Shown here one piece after another: positions 9,493-20,000 of a stretch of 20,000 bases of DNA (position 1 is its first letter; every line of letters begins with the position of its first letter). The stretch lies in NCBI GenBank assembly GCA_031835245.2, contig JAVKOQ020000005.1:492044-512043 (forward strand), written 5' to 3'. Below the pieces are notes generated by a model, which was not told the DNA's origin, did not search any database, and saw only the letters and a list, made by a program, of their open reading frames with translations. The translations under genes and the position numbers were made by a program. The DNA is from Balamuthia mandrillaris. Taxonomy: Eukaryota.

Positions 9493-11686
9493 CTAACAAG
9501 ATATAATCATAATATCATCATCATCATCATCATCATTCTCCTCTGTCTCTTCCTCTTCATCCAAGATGGATATAACTGTTGTGGTAGTAGAAGTAGGAGA
9601 TGATGATGGAGAGGAAGTGTTGTCATTATCATCATCATCCGATTTGTCAAAGTCCTCATCATGGGCCACCAAGTATTTAGCCTTCAAAGCGTCCAGATTG
9701 TTGGAGAATTCTGTGAGGAGATTGCGCCATTTATCATAGCAATCATTGTTGGTTCAACGTTGGGTAGGCAAGTGTTTGGCAATCTCCAACCAAGACCATT
9801 CATCACGCAAGCGCCAAGTGACAAGTCTACGGATTTCTGGTACCTGCCAAGTGATTCATTGCTAATGGCCATTCTTCTGATATTTGAGTTGACTGGATAA
9901 CAATTGTTGTTGCTGAAGTGCTCTGCGAAGTCGTTGTTGTCGTGATGTTTGTTTTTTTGAGTCAGGACTCTTGTCATCGTCATCATTGAGAGAAGCAAGG
10001 AAGGAGGATGATGGCTCTTGACGAGGGGTGAGGAATGCTTTGTGAATGGGTGATCCGTTGACCAACTTGGGAAGTATAGGAGCTACAAACTCATTCACCA
10101 GCTCATTCAAGCCACTGAAAAAGCTTTGTAGAATGCCAGAGATGTGTTGATGGCACAGCTGGCGATGAATATTGGGCCAACAAAGAGGAGATTTGTTTTT
10201 GGCCTCATAGGTGGCTGCAGCTTCAGCTAGCACATCCTTATCAAACTCATCTGGATGATTTTCTACCCAAGCGGTACAACATTCAAGCCACAAGGAGCGA
10301 TAAAATCATATTTGTTGATCTTTGGTTGGCAAATCTGTTTGTTTCATGAACCACCTAAAGAAGCAGTGTAAACGAAGAAAGAGAAAGCGAGAAAGAAAGA
10401 AAGAACAAGAGAAAGAGAAAGAGAAAGCGAGAGAAAGAAAGAGGGAAAGAAAGAAAAAGGGAAAAGAGACAAAAAACAAAGTGTGAGTGAATGTCAAAAG
10501 AAGAACAAATGAACCAAGACCAATCATAACAATTATTGTTTAGACTATGAATGTTGCTGCTGCCACAATAAACCTGTGCGTTCTAGCTGAGCGCTAGGTC
10601 TAAGGGTGCATTTTTGAATGCAAGCAAGCAAGCAAACAAACAAGCCATGACTGACTGGATAGATAAATAAATAGATAGATAGATAGATAGATGATAGATA
10701 GTGGTGATGGTGGTGGATACTATGCAAACAAAACAAACAAACAACACACAAACAAACCGTTGGCGAACAGCATGAATAAAACTCTGATAGTTGGTATCTG
10801 CAGACCAGTTGGATTGTTGCAAAGCATCTGGGGATAGATTGTGAAATGCTTCTTTGGTAACTAGCTCTGGCGCAATAACTGTATGCATGCAAGGGAGTGA
10901 GGATGAAAAGAACCAAAAAGAGAGCAAGTCAGTCCATCAAGTGGTAGTGGTGATGGTGGTGGTGATGGTGGTAGTGGTTTATTGACGCTGGTCAGGCAGC
11001 CAGCCCAGCCAAAGAAAAAACAAAAGAAAAAACAAAAATCAGATGAGCAGTAACAAACCGCAATGTTGAGGAGGATGATAATCAGCAGTGGTAGTTGTAA
11101 CAGAGGATGAAGAAGAAGAAGAAGAAGAAGAAGAAGAAGAAGAAGAATGAGGATGAGTAGTAACATTGCTGACCAAGTGATTGGCCACAATAGCACGTTT
11201 TAATGTATCCTTGATTCAGACTTGCTGGGATCTACCACGAGGTACCCAACCTGCGATAAGGGCAGTAGTATCCAGTACATTGTTCTGACTGTGACCTTCC
11301 TGCAGTCCCTCCAAGATCAAGGCAGTGCAAAGGAAGCCAGCACGCAAGGAGTGAAAGGAAAACAATCCTTCAGGATAACCAGCCCGAACAGCCCGATCTT
11401 GCAACTTGGCATTTAAAGTATCATGTGACCATCCCCATAATGATGTTTGTTTTTGTGCATCCGTTAAGCGCCAGTTGTGAAACTCGTGCAAATCCAAACC
11501 ATGCTTGCATAACAGATGCTTGTTTAACCAGTAAATAAAATCTCCAAGACAAATGCTTGGTGTTGATGTTGTTGATGTGGCGGCGGTGGTGGTGGCAGCG
11601 GTGGCAGTGGAGGTCGTAGCAGTGACGGTGCTAAGTGGTGATGATGATGATGATGGTGATGGTGAAGAAGATGATCCTTGTGATGA

Positions 11687-11720
<34 letters not shown>

Positions 11721-12957
11721 GGTGGTGTAAAATAACCTTCAAATGTAACGACATGATTCCAATGATTTGGTATTCCTTTGGTGACTTGTTGGTGCAATGA
11801 AAGGAAATAAAGAGGAGGAGCAGAAAATGCATCCTCTTGGTGATGGCAGCTGAGGTTGCCATTGTTGTTGTTGTTGGAAGAGGAGGATGAAAGTTTAGGT
11901 CGAAATGCCACAATATCACCCAAACGAATGTTTGCAGCTGTAATGGCTCTGGCACCAGTACAAACACTGTGTAACCAACAACTGGCTTCACCAGCTTTGC
12001 TCACCAGTCCATCTGGAGTGGATGTGATGATATGTAAGACATCATCTAACAAACATGCGTCTTTGCACAATTGTTTGCTAGAACAGGAGGGTTTGGCTCT
12101 TTTGCAATGCCGAATGGCCTGTTTGACTTGATCTTTGATGGCATCCATTTGGTTTTTTAGCAACAACAAGTAAGCATGGTCTGAGGTTGCCGTCAATGCT
12201 GTAGTGCGTCCTGTCGCTCCTGTTGTGGCTACTCGAGTGACACCATCACCAAGAATGGTTCTGGATAAAGGAGAAGGAGGAGGAGAAGTGGTAGGTGATG
12301 ATGATGCTGGAGACGAAGAGATCATGGAGGAAACAGAGGAGGAGGAGGAGGAGGAGGAGGAAGAGGAGAAGGAGGAGGATGCAGAAAGGGAGTCAAGCTG
12401 TTGTTGGATACTTTCATCATGCAAACGATAAAGACTGGCAATCATGACATCACGCACAGAGCTCAAGGCATAACCCACATCCAAAATCAACCATTGAACA
12501 AAGGCTCCTACGTTATGACGTTGGAGATTCAAAGGAAGAGCTGGCAAACATTTATGATGCGCACAATGTGCTTCCCAGATGGTCAAAGTCCAGGCATGTT
12601 TACGTTGGGTAGAAGGGCTCCATCAACTCGTCACTGCCGTCAACTCTGTCCATCGCTCTTCTGTCAAACGGTTCATCAATGTGATAGCACGAGAAAGACG
12701 TCTTCCTGCACCATCACCACCACCATTACTACTACTGCTGTCATGTGTAGTATTATCATCAGTATCATCCTTTGTTCTAGCTCTATTTTGTTGTTTCTCT
12801 ATTTTTCTCTTTTTTCCTTGTTTTTCTTCTTTTTGTTCTTCTTCATCTTCTTCTTCGTCTTCAGTTAACAACAACAAATCTATCAATGTTGGTGGAGTTG
12901 TTGTTTTGCTTGTTGCATCTATATCTGTTTCTACTCCTCCTCTTCTTCCTCTTAATG

Positions 12958-12998
<41 letters not shown>

Positions 12999-13776
12999 AA
13001 ATTACTGTCATCACCGCTATCCATAACATCACCATCATTGTTCTCAAAGACAAAGGACTCTGAATTTGAAGAAGAAGAAGAAGAAGAAAAAGCAGAAGAA
13101 GAAGAAAAAGAAGAAAAAGAAAAAGAAGAAGAAGAAGAAGAAGAAGAAGAACACAAAGAAGAAGAAGAAGAAGAAGAAGATGAAGAAGATGAAGAAGAAG
13201 AAGAAAAAGGAGGAGAAGAAGGGAGAAAAGAAGAAGAAGAAGGAGGAGGAGAAGAAGGAGAACAAGAAGAAGAAGAAGAAGAAGAAAAAGCAGAAGAAGA
13301 AGAAAAAGAAGAAGAAGAAGAGGTCGTCCTTTCTAATGATTGTTGTTGTAGTTGTTGTTGTTGTTGTAGTTGTTGTGGTTGTGATTGAGTAAATGATGAA
13401 GTGGGAGTAATGGTGGTAGTAGTGGATGAAAAGGGTGATGCAGAAAATGGAGGAGGTGAAAAGAGCTCTGCAGGATTATCAACAACAATAACAGGAGCAG
13501 AAGCAACAACAGTAGCTGGTGGTGGTGTTTTTAACAAATAATGATCCAAAAACTGCTTGCGAACAAATGACTGAGTGTTGAGAGCCTGATAGGGAGCAAA
13601 GTGATGATTGAAAGATGTTGCTGATGAGAATGAGGATGATGATATTGAGACAATCGTTACTTCATCATCCTCTTCTGTTGCTGCTGCTGTTGCTATTGCT
13701 ACCTCTTTGTTGTTGTTGTTGTTGTTATTTAGTGATGATGGTTGGTCAAAGACAGCAGGAATAGATATATTATCTT
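9493..13776 (-). pseudogene. Spliced tyrosine recombinase with C-terminal Myb/SANT domain, inactivated (exons 13776-11059, 10878-10758, ~10573-10515, 10354-9493; 5' exon unresolved)
   Basis: Catalytic motifs: TGAR (11959-11948), VTKG (K 11779-11777), FHSLRAG (HSLR 11353-11342) and AGW (W 11248-11246). SAM-like N-domain WSPSTQRKHAWTLTIWEAHC..VGAFVQWL. C-terminal ITWQVPEIRRLV..WSWLEIAKHLPTQR*TNNDCYDKWRNLL. ORF-track pieces 12623..13549 and 11216..12586 share one frame; 10306.., 9862..10293 and 9493..9687 share one frame; in each case only stop codons separate the pieces. Confidence 0.85.
13068..13321. repeat. (GAA)n-rich tract encoding poly-Ser/Phe in the recombinase N-terminal extension
   Basis: Long imperfect GAA trinucleotide run inside the open minus-strand exon. 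Confidence 0.9.
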
Positions 13777-14391
13777 CTGTTTGTTGTTGTTGTTAAACAA
13801 GCAAATTGTAGACACAAACACAAACACAAACAACAAATGTTGGAAACAAAAGAAACAAGAAGTTAGTAGGTCTAGTCTGGATGAATGAAGATATAGATAA
13901 TAATAAATAATGAGAACTATTTGGAGACTTGTTTTTGTTTTTCCTCTCCTTTCCATTCTTTATCATTTCTTTCTTTCTTTCTTTCTTTCTTTCTTTTTTT
14001 CTTTCTTTCTTTCTTTTTTTCTTTCTTTCTTTCCTTTTTACATCTGGCAGTAGCAGGAGGTTCATTTTTATAATTGCCTTTTCATTCTTTGTTTGTTTAC
14101 ATTTCTTGTTGTCTTTCTATTAGTATTATTATTTGCAACAATACTACTGTTTTTGCTTGTTTGTCATATCACTCACTCCCTTATTCACCATGCTATGCTT
14201 AACAACTCTTACCATCACCATCACTGCCACCACCACCATCACTGTTCTACCATCCATCCATCTATCCATCCATCCATCCATCCATCCATCCATTGTTTAA
14301 CCAGTATTATTGCCACCGACCAACCAACCAATCAACTAACTCAAGCTTTCTCTCAAACAACCAAACTAATATAACGAAAAAGAGGAAGAGA

Positions 14392-16569
14392 TCACCTGCC
14401 TGAGTTACGGCGTTGTGAACGAGTTGTGGCTCCTTTTCTGCTGCTACTGCTAGATGAGGCAGCCACGGCAGCAGCAGCTCTTTGCAAAGATGATTTGGCA
14501 GCAGCAGTAGCAATAGCCTTTTGAGCAGCAGCTGCAGCCTTGCGCGTAGATTTGCTGCTAGGGCTCTTAGTAGCACTTGTGTTTTCCTCTTCTTTCTGTT
14601 TTTCTGCTTCTTTTTCGCCAGCTTCTGCTTCTGCTGCTTTTGGTTCTTCTTTTTCTTTTTCTTCTTCTTTTTCTTTTTCTTTTTCTTCTTCTTCTTCTTC
14701 TTCTTCTTCTTCTTCTTCTTGTTCTTCTTCCTCCTCCTCCTCTTCTTCATTTTGTGCTGCTGCTGCTGCTGCTTGTTTCTCTGGGCCATTAGCAGGTTTT
14801 TTTGATACTAGAACAACAACAACAATAACAAAAATCAGTAAGGCTTGAATGAGAAATCACAAAGGCATAACAGTGCAAACAAACTCCAAAAAGATAGCGC
14901 TCCGCTGGAGTGCTAAACAATCAACACCAAAAAGACAACCAACAAGAAATACAAATAATAATAAGAATAAAACTGGAGTTAAAAAGCTGCTGCTCCGACG
15001 GAGCGCCACTGTATAAGCATAGAATTGCAACTGAAAAGCCCAAAAAAAAAACACCACGAGGAAGAGGACAAACAAACAAACAAACAAACAAACAAACAAA
15101 CAAACAAACAAACAGAAAATGAGTAAACCAACAAAAGAGAGACAAAACACAAAGCTAGTAGAAAAACTGACGGATGGATGGACAGACAGATGGACAGATA
15201 GAGAACCAAACTCGAATGGACAAATGAAATAAAAATACATACATTCCAACACTCAGTATGGAATCATCAATATCTTTATCCACCATCGCAGCTGTTGAAG
15301 GAGCTGTCTGGTTGGGAATATCTGACTTTGTTTTGCTATCTCCAGCACCATCACGTGTATCTGCATGCATGCATGTATACATGCATGCCAGCAAGTGTGG
15401 TTAGTGCATATGTGAGTTGTTGTAAGTAACACCAAACGTGAGCGCCTCTTACCTGCTACATTAGTGATATCAAGGCTCATGAGACTGGCAATCTCATCAT
15501 CATCATCATCTGAGGAGCTGCTGCTGCTGCTGCTGTTACTGCTGATGCTAGGAGCAGTAGACTTGGTGGAAGTTGCAAGCTTCTCTGTCTTCTTGGGTTC
15601 TTCCTCCTCCTCCTCCTCCTTCTCTTCCTCCTCTTCCTCCTCTTCCTCTGACTTGCCTGACTCCACTGACTTATCTGATGCCTCTGACTCAGATGAGGCC
15701 TCAAACTCCTCCGACTTATCTGATGCCTCTGATGCGGATGAGGCTTCGGACTCCTCTGACTCGGTGGCAGTCTTCTTTTGTTTCTTTTTCTGCTGTTGTT
15801 TCTGCTTCTCCTTCTCCTGTTCCTTCTCCTTCTCCTTCTCTTTCTTTTTCTGTTGTTGCTTTTGCTTCTGCTTCTGCTTCTGCTTCTCCTTCTCCTTCTC
15901 TTTCTCCTTCTTCTTCTTTTTCTGCTGTTGCTTCTGCTTCTGCTTCTGCTTCTCCTTGTCCTTCTGTTTCTGCTTCTGTTGTTGCTTTTTTTTCTTTTTT
16001 TCCAACAACAGTTGATCATCATCCGCTTTCCGTGGCTTCTTGCTTGTCACAGGAGAGGAAGAGGCAGAAGAGGACATAGCTCTTGGGCGCTTTGTTGAGC
16101 TTGGTTGTTGCTGCGCTGTTTCTGCTGTTGCTGCTAGGTCCATTGTGTCTACGAACACACCAGCTGAGGTAGCATTTCCACTACCACTTCCACCACCACC
16201 ACCACCACCACCACCACCACCCAGGATACTGCCATCATCGAGATTAAACTCCGCATCATCCAAACTACTCTGGTCTACAGCAGCAAAAGAGCGAAGGTCA
16301 GGCCCAAAAAACTCTGTCAAGTCTATACAGGGGCTGGCATCGACAGAGATGTCTTGCTGCAGCTCACTGCTCTTCTGAGCCAGCTTGTCCATGGCTTTTT
16401 GGTGCCTAACAGAATGGCGTTTGGCACGATGCTTCTCCCTCTTCATTTCTGTATTGCCGACTTGGGTAGAGGTGGTATGGATAGGCTGCCATGTTTTGTT
16501 ATCCAATTGATCCACATATTGTAAATCCCTGGAGAATGACAGAAAGAGAAAGAGAAAGAGAGAGAGAGA

Positions 16570-16607
<38 letters not shown>

Positions 16608-19600
16608 AAGAGAGAGAAATAAAGAGAGAGAAATAAAGAGAGAGAAAGAAAGAGAAAAAGAGAGAGAAAGAAAGACAAAAAGTTAAAAAGCGAGTAAATG
16701 GGAGGAGGTTGGTAGAGAGTGGTGAATTGTTCCTTTCCTATGAAACAAACAAACAAACAAATAAACAAACAACTTACCAATCAGCCGCGAGTGGTGATAT
16801 AGCATCCAGCTCAGGCAAGTCCTTTACATGCACAATAGCAGCTGCATTGTATAACTGGTCTGCAGGCACTTTAGTGGTAGCAGAGCTGCTGCTAGCTTTA
16901 CTCTTGTTCTTGCTTTTGCTGCTGCTGCTGCTGCTGCTGCTGCTTTTGCTTTTGCTTTTGCTTCGCCGTCGCTCAGGTTTGCTGGATTTTTCCAGTGTGA
17001 TGTGCGGCCACACTCGCTCCAGCTGAGAACGAACCGGATGACGAATGCGTGTCTTCCAGAGCTTTCTATCCAAAGGATCCAACTCCAGCGGAGTATTATG
17101 TTGTTGCGCTTCCTTCACCAAGCAGCGACGAACAGCAAGCATCAACCGCTTGACATCCTCCAAAGGTCCAGAAAGGTTGATGCTGGTAGAAATGCGCATG
17201 CCTTTCAAGGATTTCAGACTGGCAAAGTTCAACGCGTTCTCTGCCAAGGCTTCTTGCACCGTAAAGGGAGGACAATAATGGATTAGCTTCATACGGTATT
17301 GGAACAACTTTTCCTTGGCGGAATGCTGTTTCTCTACCATCGCTTCCGTTCGGGCTGCTTGCTCTAATTGCTGGCCGTCCAATGGGGGATATAAGAAGGC
17401 TTCTGGATCTTCCTCCATCACTGCCGCTTCTTCTTCTTGTTGTTGTTGCTCTTCACCTTCTTCCTCTTCTTCTTCCTCCTCCTCTTCCCCTCCTGCTAAT
17501 ATCGCCTTTTGTTGCACTTTGGTTCGATGGCTGCTCGTTGTTGGCTTTGAGGGGGTAGCTGACATTAGAGCATCTGCCAAAGATGACTCGTTCAACCATT
17601 CTTGGCGCAGCGGTGGCAAACGGGTATTCTCCTCGTGTGTTGCGCTATCACTATGAGCAAGCAAGCAAGCAAGGAGGCGAGCGAGTGAGTAAACAGGCAA
17701 AGGGAATATAGAGAGGTGGCAAGGATAACATGTCTTGCATTGCAAGCAAGCAAGCAACCAAGCGAAAGAGGAGCAACATACTGGATAGTTTTGGCCCGTA
17801 ATAACATGAAAAGTTTCTGCAGGCCGAGAGGGAGTTGTCTATATACTAACAACAGTTCTTCCCGGGTGAAGGAACCCTGAAAAACGCGTCCTTTGCGGTT
17901 GCGCCGTTCATCCGAGGAGGGCATCTCCTTCAGAATGCTATACACTGCAGCGTTAATGAGGTTACGGATCCAACTTCCAGTTGGTGTCTCATAAAACCTG
18001 CTGCTGCTGCTGCTGCTGGACTGGGAGGAAGTCGCATCCAACGGTTGTTGTTGTTGCGATGGATCCATCGGCAAGACTTCTTTGCCACGGTCAAGACCAA
18101 GAGCGGCCTGATGCAGCACGTCCCAATGACCCTTGCGAATGGATTGCGCCAGCCACTTCCACCGTGGATTTTCCAGACCGTTGACGATCCAGGGTCCTTC
18201 AACGATGCTGCCATGGCAGCGTAAGCCATTGGCCACGATATCACCCAATTCCTGGATGATTCCCTCGTTTTGGGCCTGCAGCCACCCAAAGTAAGCGAGA
18301 GTTAGCACTTTCCTTCCACCCACCCACCCACCAATTGAAACAATCAACCAACCAACCAACCAACCAAACAAACAAACAAACAAACAGATAATGATAAACG
18401 GACCTTGCGTCTACAAAACCTCAGAAAGGTTTTGCTTAGCTCTGTATTTACTTCAGATGGAGGGCTGACCACCATGGGAATGTAATAATAAAACACCAAC
18501 TGCTTCTGGATGGCTGGAGCCAAGGGGTGCAGCAGACGAAAGTCGGTTTTCGAAATGAGACCCCGGTTCTCTGCTGCCAGTTGGGAAATAACGTCGATGG
18601 ACATATGCTCCACCAGGGAGAGATCTTGTCTAAAAGCGTTGAGTGTAAAGGATTTCGCATGAGCTGCTGGCAAATCCTGTTTGGTGAGCACAAAATAGGG
18701 GAGCGTCTCCCGTGGAGGTAGGCTTTTCTTTGATTTGGCCTCATCGAAAATATGTTCTGCAGCAGCAAGCGCCACTTTCAAGGCCCTGTTGCTTTGAATC
18801 TGATCCATTGCACTGACAATGCAACAACACAACACATACACATAGCAGTAAGTTGAGAGGTAGTTAGGTCAGATAACCAAGGGCCATATAAAAACAAACA
18901 AACAAACAAACAAACAAACAAACAAACAAACAAACAAATAAATAAAAAGAAGAACATACTCAGTTTTTGATAGTTGCACGGCATTGGCCAGTTTCAGCAA
19001 CGTGTCTGCAAATGACCATTCTCGGGGCTTCACTTTGGTGTTGGGGTCTTCCACCATGGACACAATCTGATGCACCGGCAGTGACAGTAGATGAATAATG
19101 TTGAAATATCGACCGTAGATGGGCATAAGTGGCGATAACCATGCGCCGTTCTCATCGGCGAGCTGATAACGCCGTACTACATCGCTAGCCGAACGATACA
19201 CCGCGTTAAGATCGCTGTCCGACAACTTTGCTGCCACCCTTTGCTGAGGAGAAGAGGCAGCAGCAGCAGCAGCAGCAGCAGCTGATGAAGAGGCAGAGGG
19301 GGGGCTAGTAGGCGAGGCAGCTACAATAGCTGTGGTTCTCAGTGGAGTAGAAGGAGGAGTGAAGAGAATGCTGTTGATGGTCCCACCAGAAGGCATGGGG
19401 CTCTCTTGCGATGATGAAGGTAGGCCAAGTGAAGCAGCAGCAGCAGCAGCAGGGGATAGCGATGCTGAACTTGCTGCCGCCGCTGCTGCTGCATTGACTG
19501 CTGCTTGCTTTGCCTTTAGCAAGGCTTGCAGTGTGGCTAAGCGAGTGTTACCGCTCAAGACACCTATCCTGAGATGTACTCTCCATGAGTCTGGTTGGTT

Positions 19601-19888
19601 GGTTGGTTGGTTGGTTGGTTGGTTGGTTGGTTGGTTGGTTGGTTGGTTGGTTGGTTGGTTGGTAGGTAGAAAGAAAAACACAGAGGCTCAGTTACTCACA
19701 AGGAAACAAAAAAAATAAACCAATAACCCCAACAGCAATAACCATAATAACAATGATGGACAAAAGGAAAAGAGAAAAGAGAGATAAAGGGTTAAAAAGA
19801 ACGCATGATTGCTGGGGTTAAATTTGCTGAGGATCTCAGCTTCGGCCTCTGGGCTACCAATAGCAGCAACTGGAAACATATGAGCCTT
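14392..19888 (-). CDS. Large multi-exon protein with N-terminal ParB/Srx-like motif and long charged low-complexity C-terminus, 5'-partial (exons ~19888-19803, 19589-18960, 18812-18404, 18275-17782, 17650-16778, 16528-15453, 15360-15243, uncertain small exons, ~14808-14392)
   Basis: Five consecutive GT..AG introns (18959-18813, 18403-18276, 17781-17651, 16777-16529, 15452-15361) join stop-free exons in frame. [19 protein letters not shown] (core 19558-19535) fits the ParB-like hhxGxxRhxA motif and is followed by [21 protein letters not shown]. The first junction and the exons at ~14810-15240 are not resolved. Confidence 0.7.
15069..15114. repeat. (AAAC)n intronic microsatellite
   Basis: Tetranucleotide run, visible directly; similar runs occur near 16743, 18365 and 18892. 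Confidence 0.9.
15655..16000 (-). repeat. Coding tandem repeats ([17 protein letters not shown] and SEASDKS units)
   Basis: Repeated hexamer/trimer blocks within ORF 15253..16515. Confidence 0.8.
16540..16672. repeat. Imperfect (AG)n / polypurine intronic microsatellite
   Basis: Visible directly; forms the pyrimidine tract of minus-strand intron 16777-16529. Confidence 0.9.
19593..19662. repeat. (GGTT)n intronic microsatellite
   Basis: Perfect tetranucleotide run immediately before the minus-strand acceptor at 19590. Confidence 0.95.
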
Positions 19889-20000
19889 AAGTTACAATGC
19901 AAACCAACCAACCAACGAAATGCTACCAACAAACAAACAAACTAACAAACAAACAAACAAAATAAAAACCCTAAAGTGCGGTGGTGGTGCAACCAACGGG

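Larger units (their letters stand above)
8464..20000 (-). mobile_element. Putative tyrosine-recombinase (Crypton/Tec/Starship-like) DNA element or its relic; right end not in window
   Basis: Contains the YR gene, a co-oriented ParB-like gene with the same intron and low-complexity style, and a palindromic repeat array downstream; it abuts a truncated kinase. Boundaries are inferred. No TSD or second terminus is visible. Confidence 0.5.

Noticed and set aside
9754..12625. UGA recoding (selenocysteine or alternative genetic code) in the recombinase gene
   Set aside because: TGA is the normal stop for genes ending at 1194 and 14392, a TAG and a probable frameshift also occur, and most TGAs fit CGA>TGA decay.
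9493..13776. DIRS/Ngaro retrotransposon or prophage integrase
   Set aside because: No reverse transcriptase, RNase H, gag or phage genes are seen in the window, and the recombinase carries spliceosomal introns.
12204..16378. Long poly-E/K/F/L/S ORFs on the plus strand and in alternative frames (e.g. 12579..13388, 13066..13392, 15464..16015, 14307..14789)
   Set aside because: These are shadow frames of trinucleotide repeats inside the minus-strand genes.

Overview
Eukaryotic, intron-containing DNA. The short GT-AG introns, TKL kinase and Crinkler-like relic suggest a free-living protist, possibly an amoebozoan (inference only). The window has three zones. (1) 1-5440 holds four compact, intact host genes, mostly with 68-109 nt introns: the 3' half of a Y-family DNA polymerase (eta-like), a divergent SelO/YdiU-like kinase-fold protein, a SEL1-repeat protein with an LRRC58-like BC-box/Cys-rich tail, and a secreted MRH-domain protein. 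(2) ~5640-8400 holds decayed fragments: a Crinkler-type REase(-kinase) relic, a redoxin-like scrap and a truncated TKL kinase. (3) ~8460-20000 is a microsatellite-rich block. It contains a 4-copy array of GAA-triloop hairpins and a spliced tyrosine recombinase gene fused to a C-terminal telobox-like Myb domain, broken by six in-frame stops that mostly fit CpG deamination. Upstream and co-oriented is a large, apparently intact multi-exon gene with a ParB-like GxxR motif. Zone 3 is the best candidate for an undescribed Crypton/Starship-like tyrosine-recombinase mobile element. All family calls come from motif recognition by eye; no database search was run.
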